From an uncultured Methanomicrobiales archaeon (lineage in GTDB: Archaea; Halobacteriota; Methanomicrobia; Methanomicrobiales; Methanospirillaceae): DNA of 64,000 nt. Each line of letters opens with the position of its first letter. Position 1 is the first letter of the stretch. Location of the stretch: NCBI GenBank assembly GCA_963758915.1, contig CAVWXH010000002.1, forward strand, positions 96,001 through 160,000. Direction: 5' to 3'. Shown piece by piece: positions 10,091 to 20,718 of the stretch. Made by a program: the position numbers and the translations under genes. The notes beneath the pieces are model-generated. The model searched no databases, was not told the DNA's origin, and saw only the letters and a program-made list of their open reading frames with translations.

Positions 10091-10857
10091 ACCGCATGAC
10101 GAAAAGGAGGAAATTAGTCATTGGCGGCTGTATTTTCGTGGCAATTGTGGCAGGGCTGGCAATTACCGCAGTCCCGGCCCAGGCTGCAGCAATCGGTGTT
10201 TCCTTCATGGGAAACTCTGACCAGTCTCTCGTCGGTTCTTCTGATATGACATGGACCGTATCAAACGGAGACCTAACGAAGGTACCTCCGCTTGCTATAG
10301 GGCAGGAAGTACTTAGCGGTGGTTACCATGACAGTTTCATCCTCACCGGTCCTTCGCAGTATGAGAGCTCACAGGTGCTGAATAATTCGGATATCGTCCA
10401 CGCTGGAACAATGAGCCAGGTGCAGTCCTCAGGGCCCGGCCTTTACGAGGAGAGTATGATGCTCTGTTCTGCCGGTGCAGCGGCTGCAGGCGTAACCTGT
10501 GGTGCAGAATCGCTCGATGCAGAGGGGGCGAACTTCACTGCTACGCCGTATTGTGAGACCGCGATCACCGAATCGCTGTTTATGACCAACGACCTGCATT
10601 ATCGATCGGTGGGATCTATTGCCCAGGCGGACCTTGAAATTCCGGACACGTTCACCTTCACTGCAATCGGGTCTGGTTCGGGAATGGGATCGATGAGCTT
10701 CGGTTCGAGGAGCCTGGCGGGGATTGGTACGACGAACGAGCTCGGTTATACGAACTCCATCAGCAAGGAACTCTTGGCCAACGGCCGGTTTAACATCGGG
10801 GAGGATGTACGGTGGACGTCGTTCTCGAAGACCTTTGATATCAGGGAAGGACCCTGA
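10087..10857 (+). CDS. Secreted acidic Ser/Gly-rich hypothetical protein
   Basis: Basic N-region, hydrophobic core and AQA cleavage site; 256 aa. Confidence 0.75.
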   Translation: MNRMTKRRKLVIGGCIFVAIVAGLAITAVPAQAAAIGVSFMGNSDQSLVGSSDMTWTVSNGDLTKVPPLAIGQEVLSGGYHDSFILTGPSQYESSQVLNNSDIVHAGTMSQVQSSGPGLYEESMMLCSAGAAAAGVTCGAESLDAEGANFTATPYCETAITESLFMTNDLHYRSVGSIAQADLEIPDTFTFTAIGSGSGMGSMSFGSRSLAGIGTTNELGYTNSISKELLANGRFNIGEDVRWTSFSKTFDIREGP

Positions 10858-10907
10858 ATGGGTACCATTATTCCCTGTTTTTTGTTTTTTGCGCTCTGGA
10901 GATCAGA

Positions 10908-11016
10908 CCCTATCCCAACAGGGCCGCCAAAGCGGCGGGCCATAAGCCCCGGGAGCGTGACTAAATTTGGAATAACCTAAATGTACAAAATAGATTGAGA
11001 TAGTATCAACAAAGCC
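10908..11016 (+). mobile_element. MITE-like repeat copy 2 (core plus right end)
   Basis: CCCTATCCCAACAGGGCCGCCAAAGCGGCGGGC...AGCCCCGGGAG core, ending TCAACAAAGCC. Confidence 0.7.
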
Positions 11017-11051
11017 CTAAAATTCTTTTTTTCCAGAGATGTTATCTGAAA

Positions 11052-11669
11052 TTACCCCTTGTTGCAGACCATTGCACTGATATCCGGTGGCAGCATCCCG
11101 TTTGCACAGAGGTTATGCAGAATGGCATCTGAGGCAAGTGCAATACCAAAACACCCGATAAGGGCCCCGGATAACACCGCCAGGAATATTAAGTAATTAT
11201 TCATGCCCAGAAGCTTGCCGGCAATAGAACCGCGAACCCCCCCGCTCCCCAACACCGGGACCATTACCATGAGTAAAACAGCAGCAAAGTTCAGCCCGAC
11301 GAGCCATTTGTGGACTGCAAAAAAAGTCCTGGTTTTTTCTGTTATCTTCGTGAGCAGATTACCGAGATAGGGAATTTTGTATGCCAGGTCGAAATTGAGT
11401 ATCATGAACAGGCAGGTCTCGATATCGATCATGGCAATCGAGACCGCCATGTACCACCACGGGATCCCGAGTGCAATCCCGATTGGAATTACTGATTCTT
11501 TCCCCGCGGGAGGGAGGATATAGGCGACCATGAGCCCGATCATAATAAGAAACAGGGTGTACGGCAGCGTGACGTACATAATCACTACCTGGACTGCTAC
11601 GATAAGAAAAGGAATGAGGAGTGCTACCACCCGGTATGGTATACCCCCTAGTGATGGTGGCGGGTCCAT
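11052..11669 (-). CDS. Small multidrug export-like membrane protein
   Basis: YILPPAGKESVIPIGIALG and MVPVLGSGG motifs; about 5 TM segments. Confidence 0.7.
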   Translation of the reverse strand: MDPPPSLGGIPYRVVALLIPFLIVAVQVVIMYVTLPYTLFLIMIGLMVAYILPPAGKESVIPIGIALGIPWWYMAVSIAMIDIETCLFMILNFDLAYKIPYLGNLLTKITEKTRTFFAVHKWLVGLNFAAVLLMVMVPVLGSGGVRGSIAGKLLGMNNYLIFLAVLSGALIGCFGIALASDAILHNLCANGMLPPDISAMVCNKG

Positions 11670-11726
11670 AATATTCCAGATAACGATGGTTTTCTCAATT
11701 GATATGCAAATCTGTCCAAAAATTCG

Positions 11727-12614
11727 CTACGGGTTCTGCACGGGTCTCACAACCAGGACCGGGCGGTCTGCCCTCCTGATAACCGCATAGGTCGTACCCC
11801 CGACAAACAATTCCTTAAGTCCGCTGAGCCAGCCCTCCCCGAGCGGGCTCATCGCGATGAGTGTAGCCTGCTCCTGCCCGGCAAGGAGGTTGATTTCGTC
11901 AGGAGGATACCCGACGCGGATATGTTCCTTCACCGTAAACCCGGACTGAACCAGTTCGTCCCGGATCCTCCCGAGCTTCGTTGTTGCCCCTTTTATGTAT
12001 TCAGGGAGTCTTGAATCGTTTTTTTCTGTGTGGATCACGTGCAACAGGATAATCTCGTGGGTTCCCTGCATGGACTTCACAAACCGGACTACCATTTCCG
12101 CAGGAGCCGAGAAGTCAGTAGGTACCAGGACCTTTGAGAAAACCGGCGGAGATGTAGTCACCGCTGCAGGGGCAACCGTGCAATCGGCGGGTGCAGATTT
12201 TACCAGGAGGAGGGGGATTGTTGCATGGTGCAGCACATAGGTGGACACACTGCCGAGAAACAGGTCATGAAGGCTTTTTCCCCTGGCGCCCATGATAATC
12301 AGGGAAACGCGCTCTTTTTCAGCTATGTCCAGGATCCTTGAGGCGATAGCTCCCTGGCTTTTCGAATGTTCAATTACCTCCACATCGGTCTGTACCGTTA
12401 ATCCCAGATTCCCGAGGATTTTTTTATATTCTGCCAGGAGAAATTCCACGGGTTCGATCCCCGGACCCGGACCCTCTCCGGTTTTTGATGAACTGGAAGT
12501 GTCCATAACATGCAGTACCACCACTTCCTCTATACCCTGAATTTCTGCGATGCACTCAGTAATTTTTTGCGAGTGAGTGGAGAAATCAGTGGGAAATAGG
12601 ACTTTTTTATACAT
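11727..12614 (-). CDS. Tandem universal stress protein
   Basis: Two USP domains: KVLFPTDFS...GARGKS...LGSVS and KVLVPTDFS...VGGTT. Confidence 0.92.
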   Translation of the reverse strand: MYKKVLFPTDFSTHSQKITECIAEIQGIEEVVVLHVMDTSSSSKTGEGPGPGIEPVEFLLAEYKKILGNLGLTVQTDVEVIEHSKSQGAIASRILDIAEKERVSLIIMGARGKSLHDLFLGSVSTYVLHHATIPLLLVKSAPADCTVAPAAVTTSPPVFSKVLVPTDFSAPAEMVVRFVKSMQGTHEIILLHVIHTEKNDSRLPEYIKGATTKLGRIRDELVQSGFTVKEHIRVGYPPDEINLLAGQEQATLIAMSPLGEGWLSGLKELFVGGTTYAVIRRADRPVLVVRPVQNP

Positions 12615-13003
12615 CTTACCCGACCTGTATTGTACTAGGGCAGGAACTTTAAAAAGTCCCGCTCATGACCCGGTGTGCTGCCCCTGGAAAGGGCGTGGAA
12701 AAACCAGGTTATCTCTCTTCGAAAATAAAAAATATTCATCATGAGGCCCTGTTACACGACAATCAGGTGACGGGCAGAGGTGAGGGCCTGATACCAGGGC
12801 CTCTGCTACTCCGGCACCACGGTGGTTAACCATCACGCAGTTTGTTTTTCACCATTCCCTGTATCGATTTCCTGTCCCGGCCGACGTAGTGTTGGCCAGG
12901 TGCCCGGGACAAATATCCGGATGCCGAAGTCTATCCGGAATACCCTGCCGGTGTAATAATCAGGCACCATATGAAGGTAGCAGGGATAATAAACTGGTAT
13001 TTG

Positions 13004-13255
13004 GGCTTTGTTCTAAACCCTGCGTGGTTAGAAAAAGGAAGCGGAAATGGGAAAGACAGGCGGGGTTTCACCCACCCCTGTCCCATCCCCGGCACGATGT
13101 CCTTTGGTCAGTGTTTCCAGATCTCTTCGTTTCAGAGAACAGGGAGTAGTCTCTATCCCAACCGGGCCGCCACAGCGGCTGGGCTGAGCCCCGGGAGGGG
13201 GGTAAATCCGGGAATACCCATAACCGGATAGATTTAAGAGCATGTCGAGAGAGCC
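13004..13255 (+). mobile_element. MITE-like repeat copy 3 (full length, ~250 bp)
   Basis: Begins GGCTTTGTT, ends GAGAGCC, carries the GGGGTTTCACCC and CTATCCCAAC core motifs shared with 37495-37757. Confidence 0.7.
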
Positions 13256-13258
13256 TGA

Positions 13259-14011
13259 TTATGAGTCCTGCCGGAAAACGACAGAGGCTGAATCATCAAA
13301 CGGGTTCGTCCGCATTGCAAGCGAGAACAGGTATGGGTAATGGTCTTTCAGGTACTCCATGTATTTCAGCCATTCAAGGACCAGCAGCGAATACGCACGA
13401 CAGATATCGTTCGCAAGGTGTGCCTGGTCGGCCCGGGGTAACGAGGAGAGATCACCTCTCGCCTTCATCTCTTCAGTCAGGTGGTTGATCGCGAGAGTGA
13501 GGTCGGTAAACGATTCATGTTCAAAAATGACCGGGTTTTCGACAAGCCTGAGCAAAAAGTCCTCCTGGCTGATAAGGTACTCACGCAGGGCAGCCGTATC
13601 GATCCGGTCGATCATGATACTGCAGGAATAGGAGCTGAGGAAGGCCTGCACATCCCGGAACATATCATTACGCCATTCATCCCCGATAACAAGACGTTGT
13701 TTCACCTTTTCTATGGCGGGATCAGCCCTGGTAAGCTGTGCGAGGAGGGGTGTTCCGAACCGGGAGAAGAAGACCCCGATGACCATGTTCAGCTTCTCCA
13801 AACGGCGCTGTTTCTCACGTGATTCGAGCATCTGATCAATAATCAGGGTGATAATGAGTACCTCTACCGGAATGAACGCAAGGTCACCGATAAAAAAAAT
13901 GAACAGGTGATGTGCGTCCTGGAAGACGAAGTAATGGGCCGTTAACATGGCAAGCGTCAGGGTTACCAGCAGTACACCTGCGACAAGTTTCCACCGGGTA
14001 TCTTCTTTCAT
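13259..14011 (-). CDS. Conserved hypothetical membrane protein
   Basis: Two N-terminal TM helices, DLAFIPVEVLI, C-terminal YPYLFSLAMRTNPF. Confidence 0.8.
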   Translation of the reverse strand: MKEDTRWKLVAGVLLVTLTLAMLTAHYFVFQDAHHLFIFFIGDLAFIPVEVLIITLIIDQMLESREKQRRLEKLNMVIGVFFSRFGTPLLAQLTRADPAIEKVKQRLVIGDEWRNDMFRDVQAFLSSYSCSIMIDRIDTAALREYLISQEDFLLRLVENPVIFEHESFTDLTLAINHLTEEMKARGDLSSLPRADQAHLANDICRAYSLLVLEWLKYMEYLKDHYPYLFSLAMRTNPFDDSASVVFRQDS

Positions 14012-14188
14012 ACAGGTACAACTGGGATGCAGGGAACGATAAAAAATTCCTTACCCGGGAACTACCCCCGGGGAGATCCGGATGGCGATTGTGCTACTAT
14101 AATTGCAGGCAGCAGGGTATGATCTGCAGGAACATGCTATCAGTTTTAATGTCCAAAACCGAATGATCACAATCAAGGAAAATAACGT

Positions 14189-14476
14189 ATGGGCATCTTC
14201 CGGTTCGAGAACAAATATGCTGCACCGAGCAGGGAACAGCGGGAACGATATATGAAAGGGGAGACCGAGGAACACCTCTTTGGTCCTGATAACCAGATCC
14301 TGCTCATCGTTTACGACGAGGCTGCATACCTGAAGGATGATATCGACGGGGTACGGATCCTCTTTACCGGGGCACAGGACAAGCAGAAGGTGTATGACGA
14401 AGTGAGAAGGCTGCTTGAGTACCACCAGCAGCCTGATCTGAATAAGGATGCATTTAAGACCGGGAATGAAGTCTGA
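14189..14476 (+). CDS. Hypothetical protein
   Basis: 95 aa ORF with normal composition. Confidence 0.7.
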   Translation: MGIFRFENKYAAPSREQRERYMKGETEEHLFGPDNQILLIVYDEAAYLKDDIDGVRILFTGAQDKQKVYDEVRRLLEYHQQPDLNKDAFKTGNEV

Positions 14477-14911
14477 TACACCTCCACTCCACGGATATCA
14501 CCAACCTTACGTATTGCCACCCGGACTATTACTAAACCAGTGAACAAACCTCCTTCCCGCCGGGCCGGGAATGCGGAGCCGTCACTTCCGTTTGAGCGTG
14601 GGCGTGCTGCACCATGTATTTCACTGGTTCAACACATTCACGAAATACCGCTCCCATGGTTCGAAATCATTTTTGAAGATGAATTGCCTGAACCGTGCGT
14701 TAACGAGATTGCCACGTCCAATTCCAGTATGCGTTGCACAGGTGAGTTTCACATGATTGATCAGCGCCTTATTACGGCGAGAGATTGTGCCGGTGAATCA
14801 GCAGGAAACCCATATTTTCCGAACCATAACCGGGTGTGAATAACCCGGGTGTCAGCCGCCACCATAACAATTATATAATCCGGGGGAACATTGGAAAACC
14901 GGTAGCCGAAC

Positions 14912-15325
14912 ATGACACTGAAGGATAATATTTCAGAGGTAATAGCCGGCCAGCACGTGGCCGCTCTTGCGACCCTCTCCGAAGGAAAACCTGAAGTACG
15001 GTTCGTTGTGCTTCTAGGGCAGCCGGACCTGACCCTTGTAGGGGCAACAATGAAAGCCAGCCGGAAAGTCCGGCAGATACAGGAAAACCCGGTTGTGGGA
15101 ATATCGGTCTGGTCTGGAAAGGAGTATTCAGACCCTTACATTGTGTTCCGTGGCAGGGCCGAAATTCATGAGGACCTGCAGACGAAAAAAAAGTACTGGA
15201 ACCCCATGTATGAGCAGTACTTTAAAACGGTGGATAACCCTGATTACGTTGTGATGTTGTTTGTCCCGGGCGAAATTGAGTATATTGCCCCGGGCAGCAT
15301 GCAACCGGAAGTCTGGAAACCCTGA
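14912..15325 (+). CDS. Pyridoxamine 5'-phosphate oxidase-like (general stress protein 26) FMN-binding protein
   Basis: ALATLSEGKPEVR, SRKVRQIQENP and YF..VDNPDY motifs; TTATATAA box upstream. Confidence 0.85.
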   Translation: MTLKDNISEVIAGQHVAALATLSEGKPEVRFVVLLGQPDLTLVGATMKASRKVRQIQENPVVGISVWSGKEYSDPYIVFRGRAEIHEDLQTKKKYWNPMYEQYFKTVDNPDYVVMLFVPGEIEYIAPGSMQPEVWKP

Positions 15326-15503
15326 CATTAGTTTCCCGCCTGGTTATTTTTTGCGCCGTTTTGTATTGTCACGGTTTTATATGGGAAGTGTTGCCGGGAA
15401 TTCCTGCAACTGGCGGGATAGAGAGGATATCTGCCTGTTGTCGAAATGTGTTGCCCGGAACGATGGAAAAGGATATGTAGCGCCATACGAATAATTTGAT
15501 TAA

Positions 15504-18500
15504 ATGGCTGATATTCTCCGGGTCCTCTGTGTTGATGACGAACCCAACATCCTTGATCTGTGTAAAATCTACCTTGAAAGGACCGGAGAATTCAGCGTAG
15601 ATATTGTCCTGTCAGGGGAGGAGGCACTTACACAACTGGGCAAAAAACAGTACGATGCGATCGTTTCCGATTACCAGATGCCGGAGATGGATGGTATCAG
15701 CCTGTTAAAACAGGTGCGGGCAACCCAGGTGGATATTTCATTCATCCTCTTTACCGGAAGAGGCCGCGAGGAAATTGTTATAGAGGCCATTAACAACGGG
15801 GTGGATTTCTATCTCCAGAAGGGCGGGGATCCCAGGTCGCAGTTCACCGAGCTTGCGCACAAAATCGTTTCAGCGGCAACAGGCAGACGTTCAGAACAGG
15901 CATTCCGGGAGAGCGAGGAGAAATTTCGGTATCTTGTCGAGAATGCCCTTGAACCTATTCTGATCCTCGATTTCCAGGGAAAGATCCTATTTGCCAACAA
16001 CGGAGTTGCGAAACTGATTGAAGTCAGTGATTACGCTGGCCTTATCGGCAGAAATGTGATGGAATTCATCGCTCAGGAGTCGCGGGAGGATGTCATCAGG
16101 GACTTTATCCAGGTATATCAGGGTCACGACGGGTTTCTTTCACACTACCATGTAATGGTAGGAAACGGAAAAAAAATCTACGTAGAATCTATTGGCAAAG
16201 TGGTAACATATGAAGGCAAACCCGCAGATCTCATCTCTATAAGGGACATCACCGAACGTAAGCGGGCTGATGATGCATTACTGGAGAGTGAGCAGAAATT
16301 CCGGGAAACAACGAACCATATCCCCGGGGTTGTCTTCCAGTTCGTTGCAAAACCTGACGGATCCCTCCGGTTGCCCTATGTAAGTGACAGGATAAAGGAT
16401 ATTTTAGGAATTGAAGATACCAGGGGCGATTTATTCCAATCCCTCACTTCGCGAATCCACCCCGATGATAAGGCCGGCTTCTTCGCATCTGTGGATGAAT
16501 CTGTACGGTCCGGGGGCCCGTGGCGGGCTGAAGCAAGGTTCATCAAACCCTCGGGTGAGACGATATGGCTCCAGGGGATGTCCAGCCCGGTGGAACATGA
16601 TGACGGACTCGTATTTTACGGGGTGCTCACCGATATATCTGATCGTAAACAGGCAGAGGAAGCACAGCGGCAGATCTTTGAGAACAATGCGCTGGGTATG
16701 ACGCTTGCTCTGCCGGATTTTCGGTTCCACCTCGTCAATCCGGCGTTTGTGTCGATGCTTGGGTACTCAGAAGAGGAATTCCGGAAGATGTCCTTTAAGG
16801 ATGTCACCCATCCTGATTATCTCACCGGGGATATTGAGGGTGTCAGGGCGCTAGCGGAAGGTAGTATTCCTGTTTACAGCACGGAAAAACGCTATATCAG
16901 GAAAGACGGGAGTACCCTCTGGGGGGCCCTTACGGTGACAACGATTCGAAACCATGACGGTACCCTGCGCTACTACCTCGCACAGATCGAGGATATCACG
17001 CAACGTAAGAGGGCAGCCGAACTGGTGAATGAGTCGGAAAATAAATTTGCCTCTGTCTTCAACGGGAGCCCGGTTGCACTTACTCTCGTGTCGGCAATAG
17101 ACGGGACTTTCGTTGATGTCAATGATGCCTTTGTAAGATCCACCGGGTATACCCGGGAGGAAGTGATTGGTACGACATCAGAGGCCCTGGGAATTTTCGC
17201 CGATTTAAATGAACGTCGGCGCCTGGGCTCCTCCATCCGGGAACATCGCATCGTTGAGGATATGGAAATAAGCATCCGGGTAAAAACCGGGGAAATCCGG
17301 CCCTGCCTGTTTTCAACCGGTATCATCCTGATTGGCGGGAAACCTTATATCTTGTCCACGGTCAGGGACAACCTTGCTCGTAAACAGGCGGAAGAAGCAT
17401 TAAGGGAGAGCGAAGAGAAATTCCGGGAAATTTTCAATTCAGCAACTGACGGGTTTCACCTGCATGAAATCAATGAAAATTTTGTGCCGGGTAAGTACGT
17501 CGATGTCAATGAGGTTGTATGCAGGTCACTCCAGTATTCCAAGCAGGAACTCCTGGAAAAAGGCCCCAGGGATATATCTACAGAATACCACAATCCTGCT
17601 GAAGAACAAATCGGGAAAGAACTCAGGGAAAAAGGCCATTCGGTATTTGAGACCGGGCATATCAGAAAAGACGGGACGGTTATCCCTGTTGAAATAACTG
17701 CGCACGTTATCACAATCCGGGGAAAAAAATTAGTCCTTTCAATAGCCAGGGACATCACCGAGCGCAGGAATACCGAGATTGGATTCCGGACCATGGTCAC
17801 AAGCATGGTGGGCACTACAGGGATGGATTCGCTCCGGAAGATTACGGAAAATATCAGTTCATGGCTCGGGGCCGACTGCGTCATGATTGGGGAGATCCAG
17901 CCGGACGGGCAGACGGTCCTGGTCCTCTCCATGCTCCTTGACGGAAAGGAGATACCCGATTATTCCTATACCCTCAAGGGGACTCCCTGCGACCATGTTG
18001 CAGAAAAGGGGTTCTGTATGTATCCTGATAACGCCATCCAGCTCTTCCCGGAGAGCAGGGACCTCGTTGAACTAAACATAAAGGGATATATCGGCACCCC
18101 CCTGAAGAGTTCCGAAGGGCAGGTACTGGGAGTTCTCTGTGCGTTATTCCGGAATCCTGTTGTAAAACCACCCGGAATGCAGGAGATCATGAATATTATC
18201 GCGGTGAAAGCTGCCGCAGAGATAGAGGGTATGCGGATGATGGCGGCTCTCCGGCAAAGCGAAGAAGACCTTGCCCAGGTAATGAATGGAGTTCCGACCC
18301 TTATTTCCTATATGGATACGGAATTGCGTTTTATTTCAATAAATAAAGCTCACCTGGAGTGGTATGGGCGTACCGAGCAAGAACTGATTGGAAAGAGCCT
18401 CAAAGACCTTCTGCCTGACGATGTTTTTCAAAGGGCGTTGCCATATTACCAGCAGGTACTTGGTGGACGTGAAGTAACTTTTGAAAATCCTACAAGGGAC

Positions 18501-19280
18501 AAGGATGGCCGAAAACGAATATTATTAGTAAGAATGCTGCCGCACCTTCATGGTGAGCAGGTCGTCGGTATTTTCGCAGCAATTGACGATATCACTGAAC
18601 TCAAACGGGCGGAAGAAGCGGTCCGCCTGGCAAACCGGAAGCTTCACCTACTCTCCAGCCTCACCCGCCACGACATCAACAACCAGCTGACGGTGCTGCT
18701 GGGTTACCTCGATATATTGAATGACAGCGAGTTGGAACCTTCACAAAAAGAGTATTTCCAGAAGGTGGACACCGCTGCACAGCGGATCTCCTCCATGATC
18801 CGGTTCACCCAGGAATACGAGGAGATCGGTGTCCATGCCCCTGCCTGGCAGGAACTACACGGACTCATCGATACTGAGGCGATGGATACCCCTCTTGGAA
18901 CGATCATGGTGAAGAACGATCTCCCGGCCGGTACGGAAGTGAACGCCGACCCACTGATTTCAAAGGTCTTTTACAACCTGATGGACAATGCAGTGCGGTA
19001 CGGAGGGAAGATCACGAACATCCGGTTCTCTGCTGATGAACACAATAGCGACTATATCATTGTGTGCGAGGATGATGGCGAGGGTATCCCTGCAGCTGAG
19101 AAGGAGAAGATCTTCGAGAGGGGATTTGGGAGGAACACCGGTATGGGTTTGTTCCTTTCCCGCGAGATCCTTTCAATCACCGGCATAATGATCCGGGAAA
19201 CTGGCGAACCCGGTAAGGGGGCACGGTTTGAGATGACGGTGCCGAAGGGGATGTGGCGGATAAAAGAGGATGGTGAATAA
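15504..19280 (+). CDS. Hybrid sensor histidine kinase (REC, multiple PAS, GAF, HisKA, HATPase)
   Basis: VDDEP...SDYQMP REC domain, repeated DITERK PAC ends, LTRHDINNQL H-box, DDGEG and GMGLFL G-boxes. Confidence 0.95.
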   Translation: MADILRVLCVDDEPNILDLCKIYLERTGEFSVDIVLSGEEALTQLGKKQYDAIVSDYQMPEMDGISLLKQVRATQVDISFILFTGRGREEIVIEAINNGVDFYLQKGGDPRSQFTELAHKIVSAATGRRSEQAFRESEEKFRYLVENALEPILILDFQGKILFANNGVAKLIEVSDYAGLIGRNVMEFIAQESREDVIRDFIQVYQGHDGFLSHYHVMVGNGKKIYVESIGKVVTYEGKPADLISIRDITERKRADDALLESEQKFRETTNHIPGVVFQFVAKPDGSLRLPYVSDRIKDILGIEDTRGDLFQSLTSRIHPDDKAGFFASVDESVRSGGPWRAEARFIKPSGETIWLQGMSSPVEHDDGLVFYGVLTDISDRKQAEEAQRQIFENNALGMTLALPDFRFHLVNPAFVSMLGYSEEEFRKMSFKDVTHPDYLTGDIEGVRALAEGSIPVYSTEKRYIRKDGSTLWGALTVTTIRNHDGTLRYYLAQIEDITQRKRAAELVNESENKFASVFNGSPVALTLVSAIDGTFVDVNDAFVRSTGYTREEVIGTTSEALGIFADLNERRRLGSSIREHRIVEDMEISIRVKTGEIRPCLFSTGIILIGGKPYILSTVRDNLARKQAEEALRESEEKFREIFNSATDGFHLHEINENFVPGKYVDVNEVVCRSLQYSKQELLEKGPRDISTEYHNPAEEQIGKELREKGHSVFETGHIRKDGTVIPVEITAHVITIRGKKLVLSIARDITERRNTEIGFRTMVTSMVGTTGMDSLRKITENISSWLGADCVMIGEIQPDGQTVLVLSMLLDGKEIPDYSYTLKGTPCDHVAEKGFCMYPDNAIQLFPESRDLVELNIKGYIGTPLKSSEGQVLGVLCALFRNPVVKPPGMQEIMNIIAVKAAAEIEGMRMMAALRQSEEDLAQVMNGVPTLISYMDTELRFISINKAHLEWYGRTEQELIGKSLKDLLPDDVFQRALPYYQQVLGGREVTFENPTRDKDGRKRILLVRMLPHLHGEQVVGIFAAIDDITELKRAEEAVRLANRKLHLLSSLTRHDINNQLTVLLGYLDILNDSELEPSQKEYFQKVDTAAQRISSMIRFTQEYEEIGVHAPAWQELHGLIDTEAMDTPLGTIMVKNDLPAGTEVNADPLISKVFYNLMDNAVRYGGKITNIRFSADEHNSDYIIVCEDDGEGIPAAEKEKIFERGFGRNTGMGLFLSREILSITGIMIRETGEPGKGARFEMTVPKGMWRIKEDGE

Positions 19281-19403
19281 ATGGCTGTCCCAATCCGGAC
19301 CTTCTGGTTCGACGACGAACCCGGCCTTCTTGATTTTTTTACCCCGCCAACGCCTCTTGTCCCACCCGGGACGAGGATAGAAAACAAATGCCAGGTTTCG
19401 TAA
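19281..19403 (+). pseudogene. Truncated receiver-domain fragment
   Basis: MAVPIRTFWFDDEPGLLD resembles the REC N-terminus IQVLYVDDEPGLLE (59940), then diverges and stops. Confidence 0.5.
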
Positions 19404-19539
19404 AGGAAATGTAACAGCTGACCTGTTGAATGGAACCGCAAAAAAAATGGTACACGGTGGATTGTACAGGGACACCTGACATAACCCGGGGTCCTGGAGG
19501 CTATAATAAGCAGGGGAATTAAACCTGATTGTCATACCT

Positions 19540-20451
19540 ATGTCCCAAATCCACCTTGCCCCGGTCCCTCCCTACGATTTTGACCTGAGTGCCCGGATTT
19601 TTTCAAGGGGTGATCCGGCTATCAGGATATACGATAACGGGGTGTACCGCCACGCACTCGATATCCAGGGCAGTCCTACTCTTATTGAAGTCCGTTCGAT
19701 TGGGACACCTGACAACCCCCGGCTGGAAGTCACCGCTACCCCGGGAGGGAGGGTCCTGGCGGAAGATTCGGTTATCCAGGGTATCGTTGCATCAATGTTC
19801 AATATTTACGATGACCTGGCCCCGTTTTACCACGCGGTCAGGGAAGACCCGGTGATGGCTGACCTCACCCGCCGGTTTCATGGCCTGAAGTCCCCGACCA
19901 CGCCGACATTGTTTGAGGCACTTGTTGACTCGATCATCGAGCAGCAGATCTCGCTGAACGTGGCACGCAGCCTCCAGGTCCGGCTGATAAAAAAGACCGG
20001 AAAACGGCTTAAAACCGGAACGACCGAATATTTTTGTTACCCGTCTCCAGAGGCCCTGGCAGGGGTCCCGGTGACGTTGTTCCGTGAATGCGGGATGACT
20101 GTACGGAAAGGCGAATATATACGGGAACTATCCGCCTCCATTGTCTCCGGTGATCTCGACCTTGATACATTCAGGGGATACGAGGATACCGGCAGGATTA
20201 TCCGTGAATTGATGGAAATCCGTGGTATCGGCAAATGGACCGCGGAACTCACGATTATCCGGGGGATCCACCGGCTTGATGCGTTCCCGGCAGATGACGT
20301 GGGATTGCAGAGGATCCTCTCCCGGTTTTACCGGGACGGGAAAAAAGTCACCAGCGAGGAGGCCCGCCTGATTGCAGCCGGTTGGGGTGCCTGGCAGGGC
20401 CTTGCAGCGTTTTACCTCGACCTGGCTGAGTACCTCGGGCTGGTCCCCTGA
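19540..20451 (+). CDS. alkA: DNA-3-methyladenine glycosylase II (AlkA family)
   Basis: FEALVDSIIEQQIS, HhH LMEIRGIGKWTAE, FPADDVG. Confidence 0.9.
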   Translation: MSQIHLAPVPPYDFDLSARIFSRGDPAIRIYDNGVYRHALDIQGSPTLIEVRSIGTPDNPRLEVTATPGGRVLAEDSVIQGIVASMFNIYDDLAPFYHAVREDPVMADLTRRFHGLKSPTTPTLFEALVDSIIEQQISLNVARSLQVRLIKKTGKRLKTGTTEYFCYPSPEALAGVPVTLFRECGMTVRKGEYIRELSASIVSGDLDLDTFRGYEDTGRIIRELMEIRGIGKWTAELTIIRGIHRLDAFPADDVGLQRILSRFYRDGKKVTSEEARLIAAGWGAWQGLAAFYLDLAEYLGLVP

Positions 20452-20718
20452 CCATATCACTGCCTCGTTTCCGGGCAACCAGGAGGCTTCCTGTCCGTCC
20501 ATTAACCCGGTCTTCCCGGTCACCCCTTCTTACTGACCTGCCAGGTAACAACAACGTGGAACAAAAGGTGGCAGCAGAACCTGTACCAGGATATGGTCTC
20601 CCCAAATGATGCGCATGCAATGGTCGCCTGCGATATCGGGCCTTTTATTTTTGAGTAACGGTGAGGTGGCTGTATAATAAACATATTAAAACATCATGTC
20701 GAATATAGTTGACAAATA

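Noticed and set aside
14540-14839. Short ORFs on both strands between the hypothetical and PNPOx-like genes
   Set aside because: No recognisable motif, RBS or consistent frame; cannot be supported as genes.
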